A stretch of 64,000 bases of DNA from a virus: positions 1-64,000 of the IMG/VR virus record IMGVR_UViG_3300026097_001223; one strand, 5' to 3'. The first letter of the stretch is position 1; each line of letters begins with the position of its first letter. The notes below the pieces were generated by a model that was given only the letters and a program-made list of their open reading frames with translations, was not told the origin of the DNA and made no database searches. Shown one piece after another: positions 16,212 through 25,542 of this stretch. The position numbers and the translations under genes are program-made.

Positions 16212-19200
16212 ATGGCCATTACACGTATACACAATAACCAGATATCTGACAAATCCATTGTCGGTAGCGCCAAGATCAGTAACCAAACCGTTACTGCAAA
16301 CTTGATCGCTAACAATCTGGTGTACGATTCAAGTCTTACCGTAACAGGTAACCTCAGCGTACAAGGTAGTACAACTACACTTGATACTGTCAGCACAGTA
16401 ATTGAAGATCCTACGCTACTCTTAGCAAAAGATCAAACTGGCAGTCCAACTACAGATATCGGATTTATCGGTGAACGTGGTGACGAAACAAATATTGCTT
16501 TTGTGTGGGACGAAAGCGAAGACGTATTCGTAACGGCGTTTACAACAGATTCAGATGTTAATACCGCAATCACAGTAAGCAGTATTGCTAGCTTCAAAAC
16601 ACTTGATGCTAACATCACTGGCAATGCTGAAGTAGGCGGCGACCTAACACTCACTGGTAACATTGCAGGCGATTTAAATGTCACTGGCAACATCGAAGGC
16701 AGTAACCTTATTTCAAATGGTGTTGTAAGTGCAACAGGCAACGTCAGCGGTTCAAACATCATAACAACTGGCATCGTAAGTGCAACTGGTAACGTAAGTG
16801 GTGGTAACATCTCTACAGCTGGTGCAGTAGATGCAGACACAGTTACAGCCACTGGCAACGTAGCCGGCGGTAACATTACAACGGGCGGCGCGGTAGCCGC
16901 TACTGGTAATGTAACAGGTGGTAACTTGATCACAGCAGGTGACGTAGAAGCAGCCACTGGTACTATCACTGATTTGGATGGTGATACAGCCACATTTACA
17001 GGTAATGTAAGTGGTGGTAACATCTCTACAGCAGGTGTTGTTTCAGCAACTGGTAACGTAACAGGTGGAAACATCACAACAGCAGGCGACGTAGAAGCAG
17101 CCACTGGTACAATTGCTACACTTGATGGTACAACTGCCACATTCACTGGTAACGTTGACGGCGATAATCTAAACGCAACTAACAAAGTTACAGCAGGCGA
17201 CACAGTTGAAGCCACTGGTAATGTAATTGGTGGTAACATTACTACAGCAGGTAGTGTTGATGCTACTGGTAACCTAACAGGCGGAAACGTTGTTTCTAGC
17301 GGTGACGTATCAACTGTAACAGTAACAGCCACTGGTAACGTAGCAGGTGGTAACTTGACAACCGGCGGTGTTGTTGATGCTACTGGAAACGTTGAAGGTG
17401 CTAACTTCTTAACAGGTGGCACTGTAGATGCAACTGGTAATGTAGACGGTGGTAACATTAACACAGGTGGTGTTGTTGTTGCTACAGGAAACATTGATGG
17501 TGGAAACATTAACACAGCTGGTGTTGTCGAAGCTACTGGTAACGTAGCAGGTGGTAACTTGACCACTGCTGGCGAAGTAGATGCTACAGGTAATGTAAAC
17601 GGTGGAAATGTTGTTTCTGGCGGTGATGTATCAACTGTAACAGTAACAGCCACAGGCAATGTTGAAGGTGCTAACCTTGTAACAGCAGGTGACGTAACAA
17701 CAGCAACTGTCACAGCAAGTGGCAACATTGAAGGCGGTAACATCTCTACAGCAGGTGATGTGGACGCAGCCACTGGTACTATTGCTACACTAGACGGTAC
17801 AACTGCCTCATTCACAGGTAATGTAAGTGGCGGTAACATCTCTACAGCAGGTGACGTAGAAGCAGCCACTGGTACTATCACTGATTTGGATGGTGATACA
17901 GCCTCATTCACAGGTAATGTAAGTGGCGGTAACATTGCTACAGCAGGTGTTGTTTCAGCAACTGGTAACGTAACAGGTGGTAACTTAATTACTGCTGGTA
18001 CAGTAGATGCTACTGGTAACGTAACAGGTGGCAACTTGTCCACAGCAGGTGATGTAGAAGCAGCCACTGGTACTATCACTGATTTAGATGGTGACACAGC
18101 TACATTTACAGGTAACGTAAGTGGCGGTAACATCTCTACAGCAGGTGCGTTTGAAGCAGGTAGCGCAGACGTTTCAGGCAATGTTGATGCTGACAACGTA
18201 AACACTGATCAAGTCACAAGTAACAACGGTGATTTAACACTTACAGCACAAGCTGGCAACAACAGTGTAGTACTTGAAGCCACTGGCACTGGAACTATTA
18301 GTGCAAACAGCACAAGAATCACTAACCTTGCTGAACCAACTCAAGCCACAGATGCCACTACCAAGCAGTATGTAGATGGTGTTGCACAAGGTCTTGATAT
18401 CAAAGGCAGTGTTAAAGCCGCTACAACAGCAGCATTAGCAAGCTTCACTTACGACAACGGCACAGATGGTGTAGGTGCAACTATCACAGCAGACGCAAAT
18501 GGTGCACTTGAGATCGACGGTGTTACTATTGCAGACGACGACATTGTTCTTATCAAGAACGAAGCAGGTGCAAATGCTCCTTATAATGGTATCTATGTAG
18601 CTACAGAAGCAGGCGATGCTTCAACTGCATTTGTTCTTACTCGAGCAACAAACTTCGATGTTGGCACCGAAATGCCAGGAGGTTTTGTTTTTGTCGAGCA
18701 AGGAACCACCAACGAAGATGCTGGATTTGTTTGTACAACTGACAGTCCTGTTACTGTAGGAACTACAGATATTACGTTTGAGCAGTTCTCAGGTGCAGGT
18801 AGTATTGTTGCAGGCGAAGGTTTAGCTAAGTCTGGTAATGAAATTTCTGCTAATGTCGATGATGAAACAACTGCAATTGTAGCAGATACAATTGTTGTAA
18901 AAGCAAGTGCAAATCTAACAACTCCAAATATCGGAAATGCTACAGGTAATAGTCTAACACTAACTGGTAACGGCCAGATTGATGCAACTACACTTGAACT
19001 AAGTTCAGATGCCAACATAGGTGGCGCAGTAGATGCAACTGGTAATGTCACAGGTGGTAATTTAATCACTGCTGGTGATGTAGAAGCAGCCACTGGTACT
19101 ATCACTGATTTGGATGGCGACACAGCAACATTCACAGGTAATGTTGAAGGTGGTAACTTGATCACTGCTGGTGCTATTGATGCAACTGGTAACGTAACAG

Positions 19201-22106
19201 GTGGCAACTTGTCCACAGCAGGTGATGTAGAAGCAGCCACTGGTACAATTGCTACACTTGATGGTACAACTGCCACATTCACTGGTAATGTAAGCGGTGG
19301 AAACCTAACCACAGCAGGCGACGTAGAAGCAGCCACTGGTACTATCACTGATTTGGATGGCGACACAGCAACATTCACAGGTAATGTTGAAGGTGGTAAC
19401 TTGGTTACTGCTGGTGATGTAACAACTGCAACTGTCACAGCAACTGGTAATGTAGACGGCGGAAACATTAACACAGGTGGTGTTGTTGTTGCTACTGGTA
19501 ACGTAAGTGGTGGTAACTTGTTATCATCAGGCATTGTCCAAGCTACTGGCAACGTAGACGGTGGTAACATCACTACAGCTGGTGTTGTTGATGCAACAGG
19601 TGATATTACGTCACTGGGCAATGTTACAGGAGCTAACCTAGTTACAGGTGGCATAGTAGATGCAACAGGTAACGTAAGTGGTGGAAACATCACTACAGGT
19701 GGTGTTGTTGAAGCTACTGGTAACGTAGCAGGTGGAAACATCACTACAGCAGGTGTAGTAGACGCTACTGGTAATGTTGATGGTGGTAACATTAACACAG
19801 CTGGTATTGTGTCAGCCACAGGCAATGTCACTGGCGGTAACTTGCTCACTGGCGGGTTTGTTGAAGCAACTGGCAATGTAGCAGGTGGAAACATCACTAC
19901 AGCTGGTACAGTAGATGCAACTGGTAATGTCACAGGTGGTAATTTAATCACTGCTGGTGATGTAGAAGCAGCCACTGGTACTATTGCTACACTTGATGGT
20001 ACAACTGCCTCATTCACAGGTAATGTTGAAGGTGGTAACTTGATCACTGCTGGTGCTATTGATGCAACTGGTAACGTAACAGGCGGTAACTTGATTACTG
20101 CTGGTACAGTTGACGCTACTGGTAACGTAACAGGCGGTAATTTGATCACAGCAGGTGACGTAGAAGCAGCCACTGGTACAATTGCCACACTAGACGGTAC
20201 AACTGCTACATTCACAGGTAACGTTGAAGGTGGTAACTTGATCACTGCTGGTGCTGTTGAAAGTGCAAGTGTTGACGCAAGTGGTGCTATTGTAGGTGAT
20301 ACAATTGAAGCAAATACAAGTGCTACACTGGCAAGTGCGGCTGTAAGTGATTTGACTGATAACCGTGTTGTTATTGCTGGTACAAGTGGTGAGCTTGAAG
20401 ACGATGCTAACTTTACGTTTGACGGAAGTGTGCTAACAGTTTCGGCTAATGCTAGCGTATCTGGCACAGCTGACGTACAAACAGCATTAATGGTAGGCGA
20501 CGTACTAGCTAACTTAACTTCTGATGTTACACTCGAAGTTGCAAGCAACGACAGTATGTTGATTCCAGTTGGTACTACTGCACAAAGACCAGGTTCTCCA
20601 GTAACTGGTATGGTACGATTCAATACCACAACCAATAACCTAGAGTTCTATGACAATGACAGTTGGGAAACTGCAGGTAGTGCGTTTACAGTTGTAACAT
20701 CTGACACATTCACAGGTGATGGATCGACCACAGCGTTTACGCTAGCGGCAGAACAAACAACCAACAGTGTGTTAGTGTTCATAAACGGTGTGAGTCAGGA
20801 GCCAGGTACAGCTTACAGTGTAAGTGGTACTACTATTACGTTCACTGAAGCACCAGTTGACACAGATGAAATTGAAGTTCGAGGTATTACAACTACTAGT
20901 ACAGTAGGTGGATTAAGTACTGGAAACATCAGTTTTGAAGGTAATACTGCTGCAGGAGCGTGGGACACAACTGGTCACATCCTACCAACTGCTAACGTAA
21001 CATACGACTTGGGCAGTTTAACCAAGCAGTGGCGAGACGTGTACGTTGGACCAGGATCACTTTATGTTAACGGTCAGAAGGTTCTTGAAGATGATTCGGG
21101 AACAATCACTGTACAAGCTGATGAAGATCAAGGACTCACAGTTAAGACCAGCGGTACTGGTGTAACCACAGTACAAAGTGCTGCAGGATTGAACCTAACT
21201 GCTACTGGATCAGCAGATATCACACTCACAACTGGCACTGGCCAGATTGAAGTAGAAGGTGATATTGTACTGGGCAATGGTTATTCACTGAGCCAAGCCG
21301 GCGGCGGCGATATGCAAGTAACTGACAATGTTGATTACAACAACAACAACCTGTCTAACATTGCAAACGTTGAAGCAGGCAATTTGACTATGAGTGGTGA
21401 CACTATTAGCAGTGTTCACAACATAATCAATATTGATCCAAGCACAGTTGGCGCAGGCGGTACAGTGATCATTGAAGGTAACCTTCAAGTTACCGGTACA
21501 ACAACCACAGTTGACAGTACAACCGTTACTATTAACGATATTGCTATTAATGTTGCTAACAATGCTAGTACATCATCTGAAGCAAACGGCGGTGGATTAA
21601 AAGTTGGTCCTGTAGGCAGTGAGTATGCTACATTTACATTTGACAACAGTAATACCAGACTGGTATCAAGTGTTGATGTACAAGCAGATACATTCCATGG
21701 TAACCTAACTGGTACTGCAACACAAGCTGAATACGCTGACTTGGCAGAGAATTACTCAGCAGATGCTGACTATGAGCCAGGTACTGTTGTATGCTTTGGC
21801 GGCGACGCAGAAGTAACAGTGTGTGAACATGAAAATGATCACAGAGTAGCAGGCGTAATTACCACAAATCCAGCTCACTTGATGAACAGCGCAATTGAAG
21901 CTGATCATGTAGCAGGCGTAGCTCTTACAGGTCGTGTACCGTGTAAGGTTACAGGCCCAGTTGCAAAAGGTGACTTGATGGTATCGGCAGGAAATGGCAC
22001 AGCGAAAGCTAACAATACGCCAAATCCAGGTACTATTATTGGTAAGGCACTGGAAAACTTTGACGGCACAGAAGGTGTTATTGAAGTAGTGGTTGGTCGT
22101 TTCTAA
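16212..22106 (+). CDS. Giant long tail fibre (1964 aa) with about 42 TGNVxGGN repeats and a C-terminal peptidase G2-type intramolecular chaperone
   Basis: Two repeat blocks flank a 'DATTKQYVD' domain. C-terminus 'YADLAENY..D..YEPGTVV...VALTGRVPCKV.GPV.KGDL...IIGKALE'. Confidence 0.85.
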   Translation: MAITRIHNNQISDKSIVGSAKISNQTVTANLIANNLVYDSSLTVTGNLSVQGSTTTLDTVSTVIEDPTLLLAKDQTGSPTTDIGFIGERGDETNIAFVWDESEDVFVTAFTTDSDVNTAITVSSIASFKTLDANITGNAEVGGDLTLTGNIAGDLNVTGNIEGSNLISNGVVSATGNVSGSNIITTGIVSATGNVSGGNISTAGAVDADTVTATGNVAGGNITTGGAVAATGNVTGGNLITAGDVEAATGTITDLDGDTATFTGNVSGGNISTAGVVSATGNVTGGNITTAGDVEAATGTIATLDGTTATFTGNVDGDNLNATNKVTAGDTVEATGNVIGGNITTAGSVDATGNLTGGNVVSSGDVSTVTVTATGNVAGGNLTTGGVVDATGNVEGANFLTGGTVDATGNVDGGNINTGGVVVATGNIDGGNINTAGVVEATGNVAGGNLTTAGEVDATGNVNGGNVVSGGDVSTVTVTATGNVEGANLVTAGDVTTATVTASGNIEGGNISTAGDVDAATGTIATLDGTTASFTGNVSGGNISTAGDVEAATGTITDLDGDTASFTGNVSGGNIATAGVVSATGNVTGGNLITAGTVDATGNVTGGNLSTAGDVEAATGTITDLDGDTATFTGNVSGGNISTAGAFEAGSADVSGNVDADNVNTDQVTSNNGDLTLTAQAGNNSVVLEATGTGTISANSTRITNLAEPTQATDATTKQYVDGVAQGLDIKGSVKAATTAALASFTYDNGTDGVGATITADANGALEIDGVTIADDDIVLIKNEAGANAPYNGIYVATEAGDASTAFVLTRATNFDVGTEMPGGFVFVEQGTTNEDAGFVCTTDSPVTVGTTDITFEQFSGAGSIVAGEGLAKSGNEISANVDDETTAIVADTIVVKASANLTTPNIGNATGNSLTLTGNGQIDATTLELSSDANIGGAVDATGNVTGGNLITAGDVEAATGTITDLDGDTATFTGNVEGGNLITAGAIDATGNVTGGNLSTAGDVEAATGTIATLDGTTATFTGNVSGGNLTTAGDVEAATGTITDLDGDTATFTGNVEGGNLVTAGDVTTATVTATGNVDGGNINTGGVVVATGNVSGGNLLSSGIVQATGNVDGGNITTAGVVDATGDITSLGNVTGANLVTGGIVDATGNVSGGNITTGGVVEATGNVAGGNITTAGVVDATGNVDGGNINTAGIVSATGNVTGGNLLTGGFVEATGNVAGGNITTAGTVDATGNVTGGNLITAGDVEAATGTIATLDGTTASFTGNVEGGNLITAGAIDATGNVTGGNLITAGTVDATGNVTGGNLITAGDVEAATGTIATLDGTTATFTGNVEGGNLITAGAVESASVDASGAIVGDTIEANTSATLASAAVSDLTDNRVVIAGTSGELEDDANFTFDGSVLTVSANASVSGTADVQTALMVGDVLANLTSDVTLEVASNDSMLIPVGTTAQRPGSPVTGMVRFNTTTNNLEFYDNDSWETAGSAFTVVTSDTFTGDGSTTAFTLAAEQTTNSVLVFINGVSQEPGTAYSVSGTTITFTEAPVDTDEIEVRGITTTSTVGGLSTGNISFEGNTAAGAWDTTGHILPTANVTYDLGSLTKQWRDVYVGPGSLYVNGQKVLEDDSGTITVQADEDQGLTVKTSGTGVTTVQSAAGLNLTATGSADITLTTGTGQIEVEGDIVLGNGYSLSQAGGGDMQVTDNVDYNNNNLSNIANVEAGNLTMSGDTISSVHNIINIDPSTVGAGGTVIIEGNLQVTGTTTTVDSTTVTINDIAINVANNASTSSEANGGGLKVGPVGSEYATFTFDNSNTRLVSSVDVQADTFHGNLTGTATQAEYADLAENYSADADYEPGTVVCFGGDAEVTVCEHENDHRVAGVITTNPAHLMNSAIEADHVAGVALTGRVPCKVTGPVAKGDLMVSAGNGTAKANNTPNPGTIIGKALENFDGTEGVIEVVVGRF
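16680..20260 (+). repeat. Coding tandem repeats with 17-, 22- and 32-codon units, in two blocks (~16680-18170 and ~19030-20260)
   Basis: I count 23 + 19 GNxxGxN units. Ten are 32-aa units containing GTITDLDGDTA(T/S)F or GTIATLDGTTA(T/S)F, near-identical at DNA level. Confidence 0.9.
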
Positions 22107-22122
22107 GAAACGACCGCTATCT

Positions 22123-22152
22123 AAAAGGGTCTCTTCGGAGGCCCTTTTTTTT
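22123..22152 (+). terminator. Intrinsic terminator
   Basis: AAAAGGGTCTC-TTCG-GAGGCCCTTTT followed by a T-run. Confidence 0.88.
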
Positions 22153-22187
22153 GGCTAAATAATACATCAAAGGAACATAGGACACAT

Positions 22188-23948
22188 ATGGGCATTCGTC
22201 GCTTAACTACTTCTAATTTAGATACTACCTCGTCAGACTTTAAAGATCCTATTATACATGTTAATAGTAACGCATCTGGTGAAAATACCACTGACATTGG
22301 ATTTTTATTAGATCGAGGATCCAGCGGTAATATCGGCATTATTTGGGATGAGAGTGCAAATGAAGTTGTATTAATTGAAACCAGTGCTAATGCATCTGCA
22401 GAAGGAAATATTACAATAAGCAAATATGCCAATCTTTCTGTTGACAAGTTATCAATTGCAAATTCTACAATTCAGTTTCCAACTTCTGACGGAACCGATG
22501 GACAGGTTCTCGCCACTGACGGCAATGGCAACTTGTCATTTGCATCAGTGTCAGGAGGTAGTGGAGCAGACCTAACCGGTAATATAGACCTTGGCACCGA
22601 CAACACAAATACAATTACCTTTAACGGTCTCGTAGATAGCGATATCATACCCAGTGCCAATGTTACTTATAATCTAGGCAATGCTACAAATAGGTGGCAA
22701 GACCTATTCCTAGCAGGCAATACCATTGACCTAGGCGGTGCAAAAATTCAAACAGACACTGACAGCGGTGCTGTAGCAATTTTGCCTAAACCCACTGCTA
22801 ATGTTGCTAACCCTAAAGGTATTGTGTTTGCCGGCGACGGTACAGTAAAACCAGTGGAAACAACAGCAGGTGTAGTGAGTCAAGCAAACTTTACAGCAGC
22901 AGCTAGCAGTTCTGCAACATTGGCAGCAGTAGCATTGTACACCAACTCATCGTCTTTTCCATCAACAGGAAATGAAAATGGCGCTATGGCATTCGATCAA
23001 TCCACTAATCAACTTAGTGTCTGGGATGGAACAGAATGGGTTATAGTACAAGCTGTAAATGTAGCATCTATTGGTAAAAGCGATTCTATTACAGCTGAAG
23101 TAATTGACGGCTATGAGTATTATGTATATACGGGTACAGGAACATTCACTGTCACGCAAGCTGGAACATTTGATGTATTAATGGTTGGCGGTGGTGGTGC
23201 AACTTATGAAGGTGGTGCTGTACCGCCTGGAGCTGCTGGCGGGGGTGAGGTAAAATATGGCGAGGCTATTCTTCCTGTTGGATCTCATACAGTAGTTATC
23301 GGAGCTGGTGGAACGGGACAAGCCGTGCAATCAGTGAACTTTGCAGGTGGAGACACTACAATTACTGTCGGCGGTGTTACTGTTACCGCTAAAGGCGGTG
23401 GTGGCGGAGGCTACTATGAGGATGGATTTGATGGCGGATCTGGCGGTGCTGGCGGATACGGCGGGACATCAAGTGGTGCAGTATTAGCATCGAATACTTC
23501 AGCTGGTCTGTGGGCAGTTATGTCAGGTCACGGTAACTTAGCTGGTAGCGCAGGAGGCATCACTCAAGGTGCAGCTGGCGGCGGTGGTGCCGGAACCGCT
23601 GGTAAAGACGGTGGTTTTACCGGCAACCTTGGTGATGGTGGCGATGGCGGCGATGGTCTATACCTAGCAGACTACCAATACTGGGGTGAAAATGGATACT
23701 ATGGTGGAGGTGGCGGCGGAGCTTGTGAATATACTCCAGTTGCAGAAGACATTGGTGGTCTTGGCGGTAAAGGTGGTGGTGGATCTGGTCAGAACGGTGA
23801 TGATACATATAGAAACGGACCGTTTGGTGAATCAAGAACCGATTGTAATGGATTACCAAATACAGGTGGCGGATCCGGTTCGTACGAAGATGACACTCAG
23901 CAGATCAACGGTGGGTCTGGTATAGTAATTTTTAGGACGGTTGCATAA
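22188..23948 (+). CDS. Fibre protein with glycine-rich C-terminal (receptor-binding-like) domain
   Basis: N-terminus is paralogous to the 16212 gene (DIGFLLDRG..NIGIIWDES). C-terminus has 'FDVLMVGGGG' and GGGGG-rich motifs. Confidence 0.75.
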   Translation: MGIRRLTTSNLDTTSSDFKDPIIHVNSNASGENTTDIGFLLDRGSSGNIGIIWDESANEVVLIETSANASAEGNITISKYANLSVDKLSIANSTIQFPTSDGTDGQVLATDGNGNLSFASVSGGSGADLTGNIDLGTDNTNTITFNGLVDSDIIPSANVTYNLGNATNRWQDLFLAGNTIDLGGAKIQTDTDSGAVAILPKPTANVANPKGIVFAGDGTVKPVETTAGVVSQANFTAAASSSATLAAVALYTNSSSFPSTGNENGAMAFDQSTNQLSVWDGTEWVIVQAVNVASIGKSDSITAEVIDGYEYYVYTGTGTFTVTQAGTFDVLMVGGGGATYEGGAVPPGAAGGGEVKYGEAILPVGSHTVVIGAGGTGQAVQSVNFAGGDTTITVGGVTVTAKGGGGGGYYEDGFDGGSGGAGGYGGTSSGAVLASNTSAGLWAVMSGHGNLAGSAGGITQGAAGGGGAGTAGKDGGFTGNLGDGGDGGDGLYLADYQYWGENGYYGGGGGGACEYTPVAEDIGGLGGKGGGGSGQNGDDTYRNGPFGESRTDCNGLPNTGGGSGSYEDDTQQINGGSGIVIFRTVA

Positions 23949-24310
23949 TGGCACATTTCGCAGAAGTAGATACACAAGGTAATGTATTAAGAGTGATTGT
24001 TGTTGATAATGACAAATTGCTTGATGAGAATGATAACGAATCGGAAGCTATTGGAAAACAATACTGCACTAATCTCTTAGGTGGGTATTGGATCCAAACA
24101 AGTTACAATGGTTCATTTCGTAAAAATTACGCTGGTCGAGGGTTTAAGTATGATCGTAATAGAAACGCTTTTATTCCACCTAAGCCGTTCGACTCGTGGG
24201 TTCTTAATGAGGATACCTGCAGGTGGGAAGCTCCTATACAGTACCCTGAAAACGGAGAAGCCTACAGCTGGAACGAAGAAACTCAACAATGGGATCTAAT
24301 AGATGAGTAG
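23948..24310 (+). CDS. Putative fibre assembly chaperone/partner (MAHFAE... family)
   Basis: 'MAHFAE...VLRVIVV...WIQTSYNGSFRKNYAG.G..YD...AFIPPKPFDSW.LNEDTC.WEAP', commonly next to Gly-rich fibres. Confidence 0.65.
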   Translation: MAHFAEVDTQGNVLRVIVVDNDKLLDENDNESEAIGKQYCTNLLGGYWIQTSYNGSFRKNYAGRGFKYDRNRNAFIPPKPFDSWVLNEDTCRWEAPIQYPENGEAYSWNEETQQWDLIDE

Positions 24311-24425
24311 TAATGCTAGTATCATTTCAAGATTAATTCAGCCAAGATGTGTAGTCGGAAAGGCTTTGGAAAATTATAATAGCAACGATATTGGAACAAT
24401 AGAAGTTTTAGTAGGCAGTTTATAG
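24303..24425 (+). pseudogene. Relict C-terminus of a peptidase-G2/IMC-ended fibre gene
   Basis: Translates ...IQPRCVVGKALENYNSNDIGTIEVLVGSL*, homologous to 'PGTIIGKALENFDGTEGVIEVVVGRF*' at the end of 16212-22106. Its TAG overlaps the next GTG. Confidence 0.75.
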
Positions 24426-25090
24426 TGCAAAAACATCTACAACGATACTACAAAGGCGAATATGTCTTAACAAACACTGTGATTCGCAATGGACGTAGAG
24501 AGCAAAAACGTGAATATATTGAAAATCCATTGATCAATCAACACATCAGCGGTAGAGCCGCTGTGATTGGCAATGGTAACAGTCGCATTGTTTTTGACAA
24601 ACGCATTCAACTATTGAACAATCACACAGGCGGCCTACTGGGCAGTAAAAGCATGCAGAGTTACGGCACTTATATAGATAATAAAATTTGCCCAAAGTTT
24701 GTTACTAGTAGCAATAAAGAATTCCTAGAACACTGTATATCAGAAAAACTAGATGAAGATAATCTTATCTTCAGCAATGTACGTAGATGTGTTGAATACC
24801 CAGGACATTTTTTCTTGATACCACATAATCCAGTGTTAACTGACACAGTGTCAGCTGTGTATCTTGCATGTTTTCACGAGCACAATGAAGTATACATGCT
24901 AGGGTTCGATCAGGATGTTGAATCAGTTTGGAGCAGTCAGACAACACAGTTAGAAAATCTCATACGCACCTACGACACTACAGAATTTATTTTTGTAACA
25001 GATCATAACACTGTGCCTGTTGAATTACAAAAACACTTAAACGTAGATAAAATCACCTATAGAGAATTTGTTATTCAAGCCGATGTTTGA
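24425..25090 (+). CDS. Second GT42/Maf/MptE-like paralogue
   Basis: 'AAVIGNGNSR' and 'AVYLACFHEHNEVYMLGFD'. GTG start. Confidence 0.6.
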   Translation: MQKHLQRYYKGEYVLTNTVIRNGRREQKREYIENPLINQHISGRAAVIGNGNSRIVFDKRIQLLNNHTGGLLGSKSMQSYGTYIDNKICPKFVTSSNKEFLEHCISEKLDEDNLIFSNVRRCVEYPGHFFLIPHNPVLTDTVSAVYLACFHEHNEVYMLGFDQDVESVWSSQTTQLENLIRTYDTTEFIFVTDHNTVPVELQKHLNVDKITYREFVIQADV

Positions 25091-25542
25091 ATCTGTGAAA
25101 TTTTCTTTTTAACTTCTAGCACACTGAGTGTGTTCCACAAACCTGGATGCAAAGGCTTTGGTACTGATCGTAACCCTGCCCAGGCGTATGCCACGTGTTC
25201 ATGATTTAACACAGGCAAGAACTCATTGTCTATTACCACCATAAACGTATGATAGGTAAAACTGTTTGTAGGTGTATGAAATTTTTCCAGTGGTATGGGC
25301 TTTGCTTGATCAGGCCAATAGTTAATTTCTTCTCTGCATTCTCGAACCAGTGTTTCCAGTAAACTTTCGCCAGGCTCACATTTGCCACCAGGAATCCCCC
25401 AGTGACGATTTTTTCGCCAGTCATTTCGCATTAAAAAGAGAAATCTGTCAGTGTTGCGGCTGTAAAACAGCACACCTGCACTATTTAAAGAACCAGACTC
25501 CAGTCTCCGCCCTGGTATAGGCCTTGATAACTTTTTAGCCAA
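25075..25542 (-). CDS. NUDIX hydrolase (start uncertain)
   Basis: Nudix box 'GGKCEPGESLLETLVRECREEI'. Confidence 0.9.
   Translation of the reverse strand: MAKKLSRPIPGRRLESGSLNSAGVLFYSRNTDRFLFLMRNDWRKNRHWGIPGGKCEPGESLLETLVRECREEINYWPDQAKPIPLEKFHTPTNSFTYHTFMVVIDNEFLPVLNHEHVAYAWAGLRSVPKPLHPGLWNTLSVLEVKKKISQIQTSA

Noticed and set aside
16680-20260. Regularly spaced DNA repeats suggesting a CRISPR or TIGR-like array
   Set aside because: They lie in frame within a coding gene, vary mainly at third positions, and have no unique spacers or associated cas/tas gene.
14545-20635. Long antisense ORFs (323, 590 and 680 aa) opposite the fibre genes
   Set aside because: Shadow frames of GGN/ACN/AAY/GTN-rich repeats that cannot produce stops. 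They have no SD or promoter, and the translations simply mirror the repeat.
22188-24310. Possible diversity-generating retroelement at a fibre tip
   Set aside because: No reverse transcriptase and no adenine-specific TR/VR pair is visible in the window.
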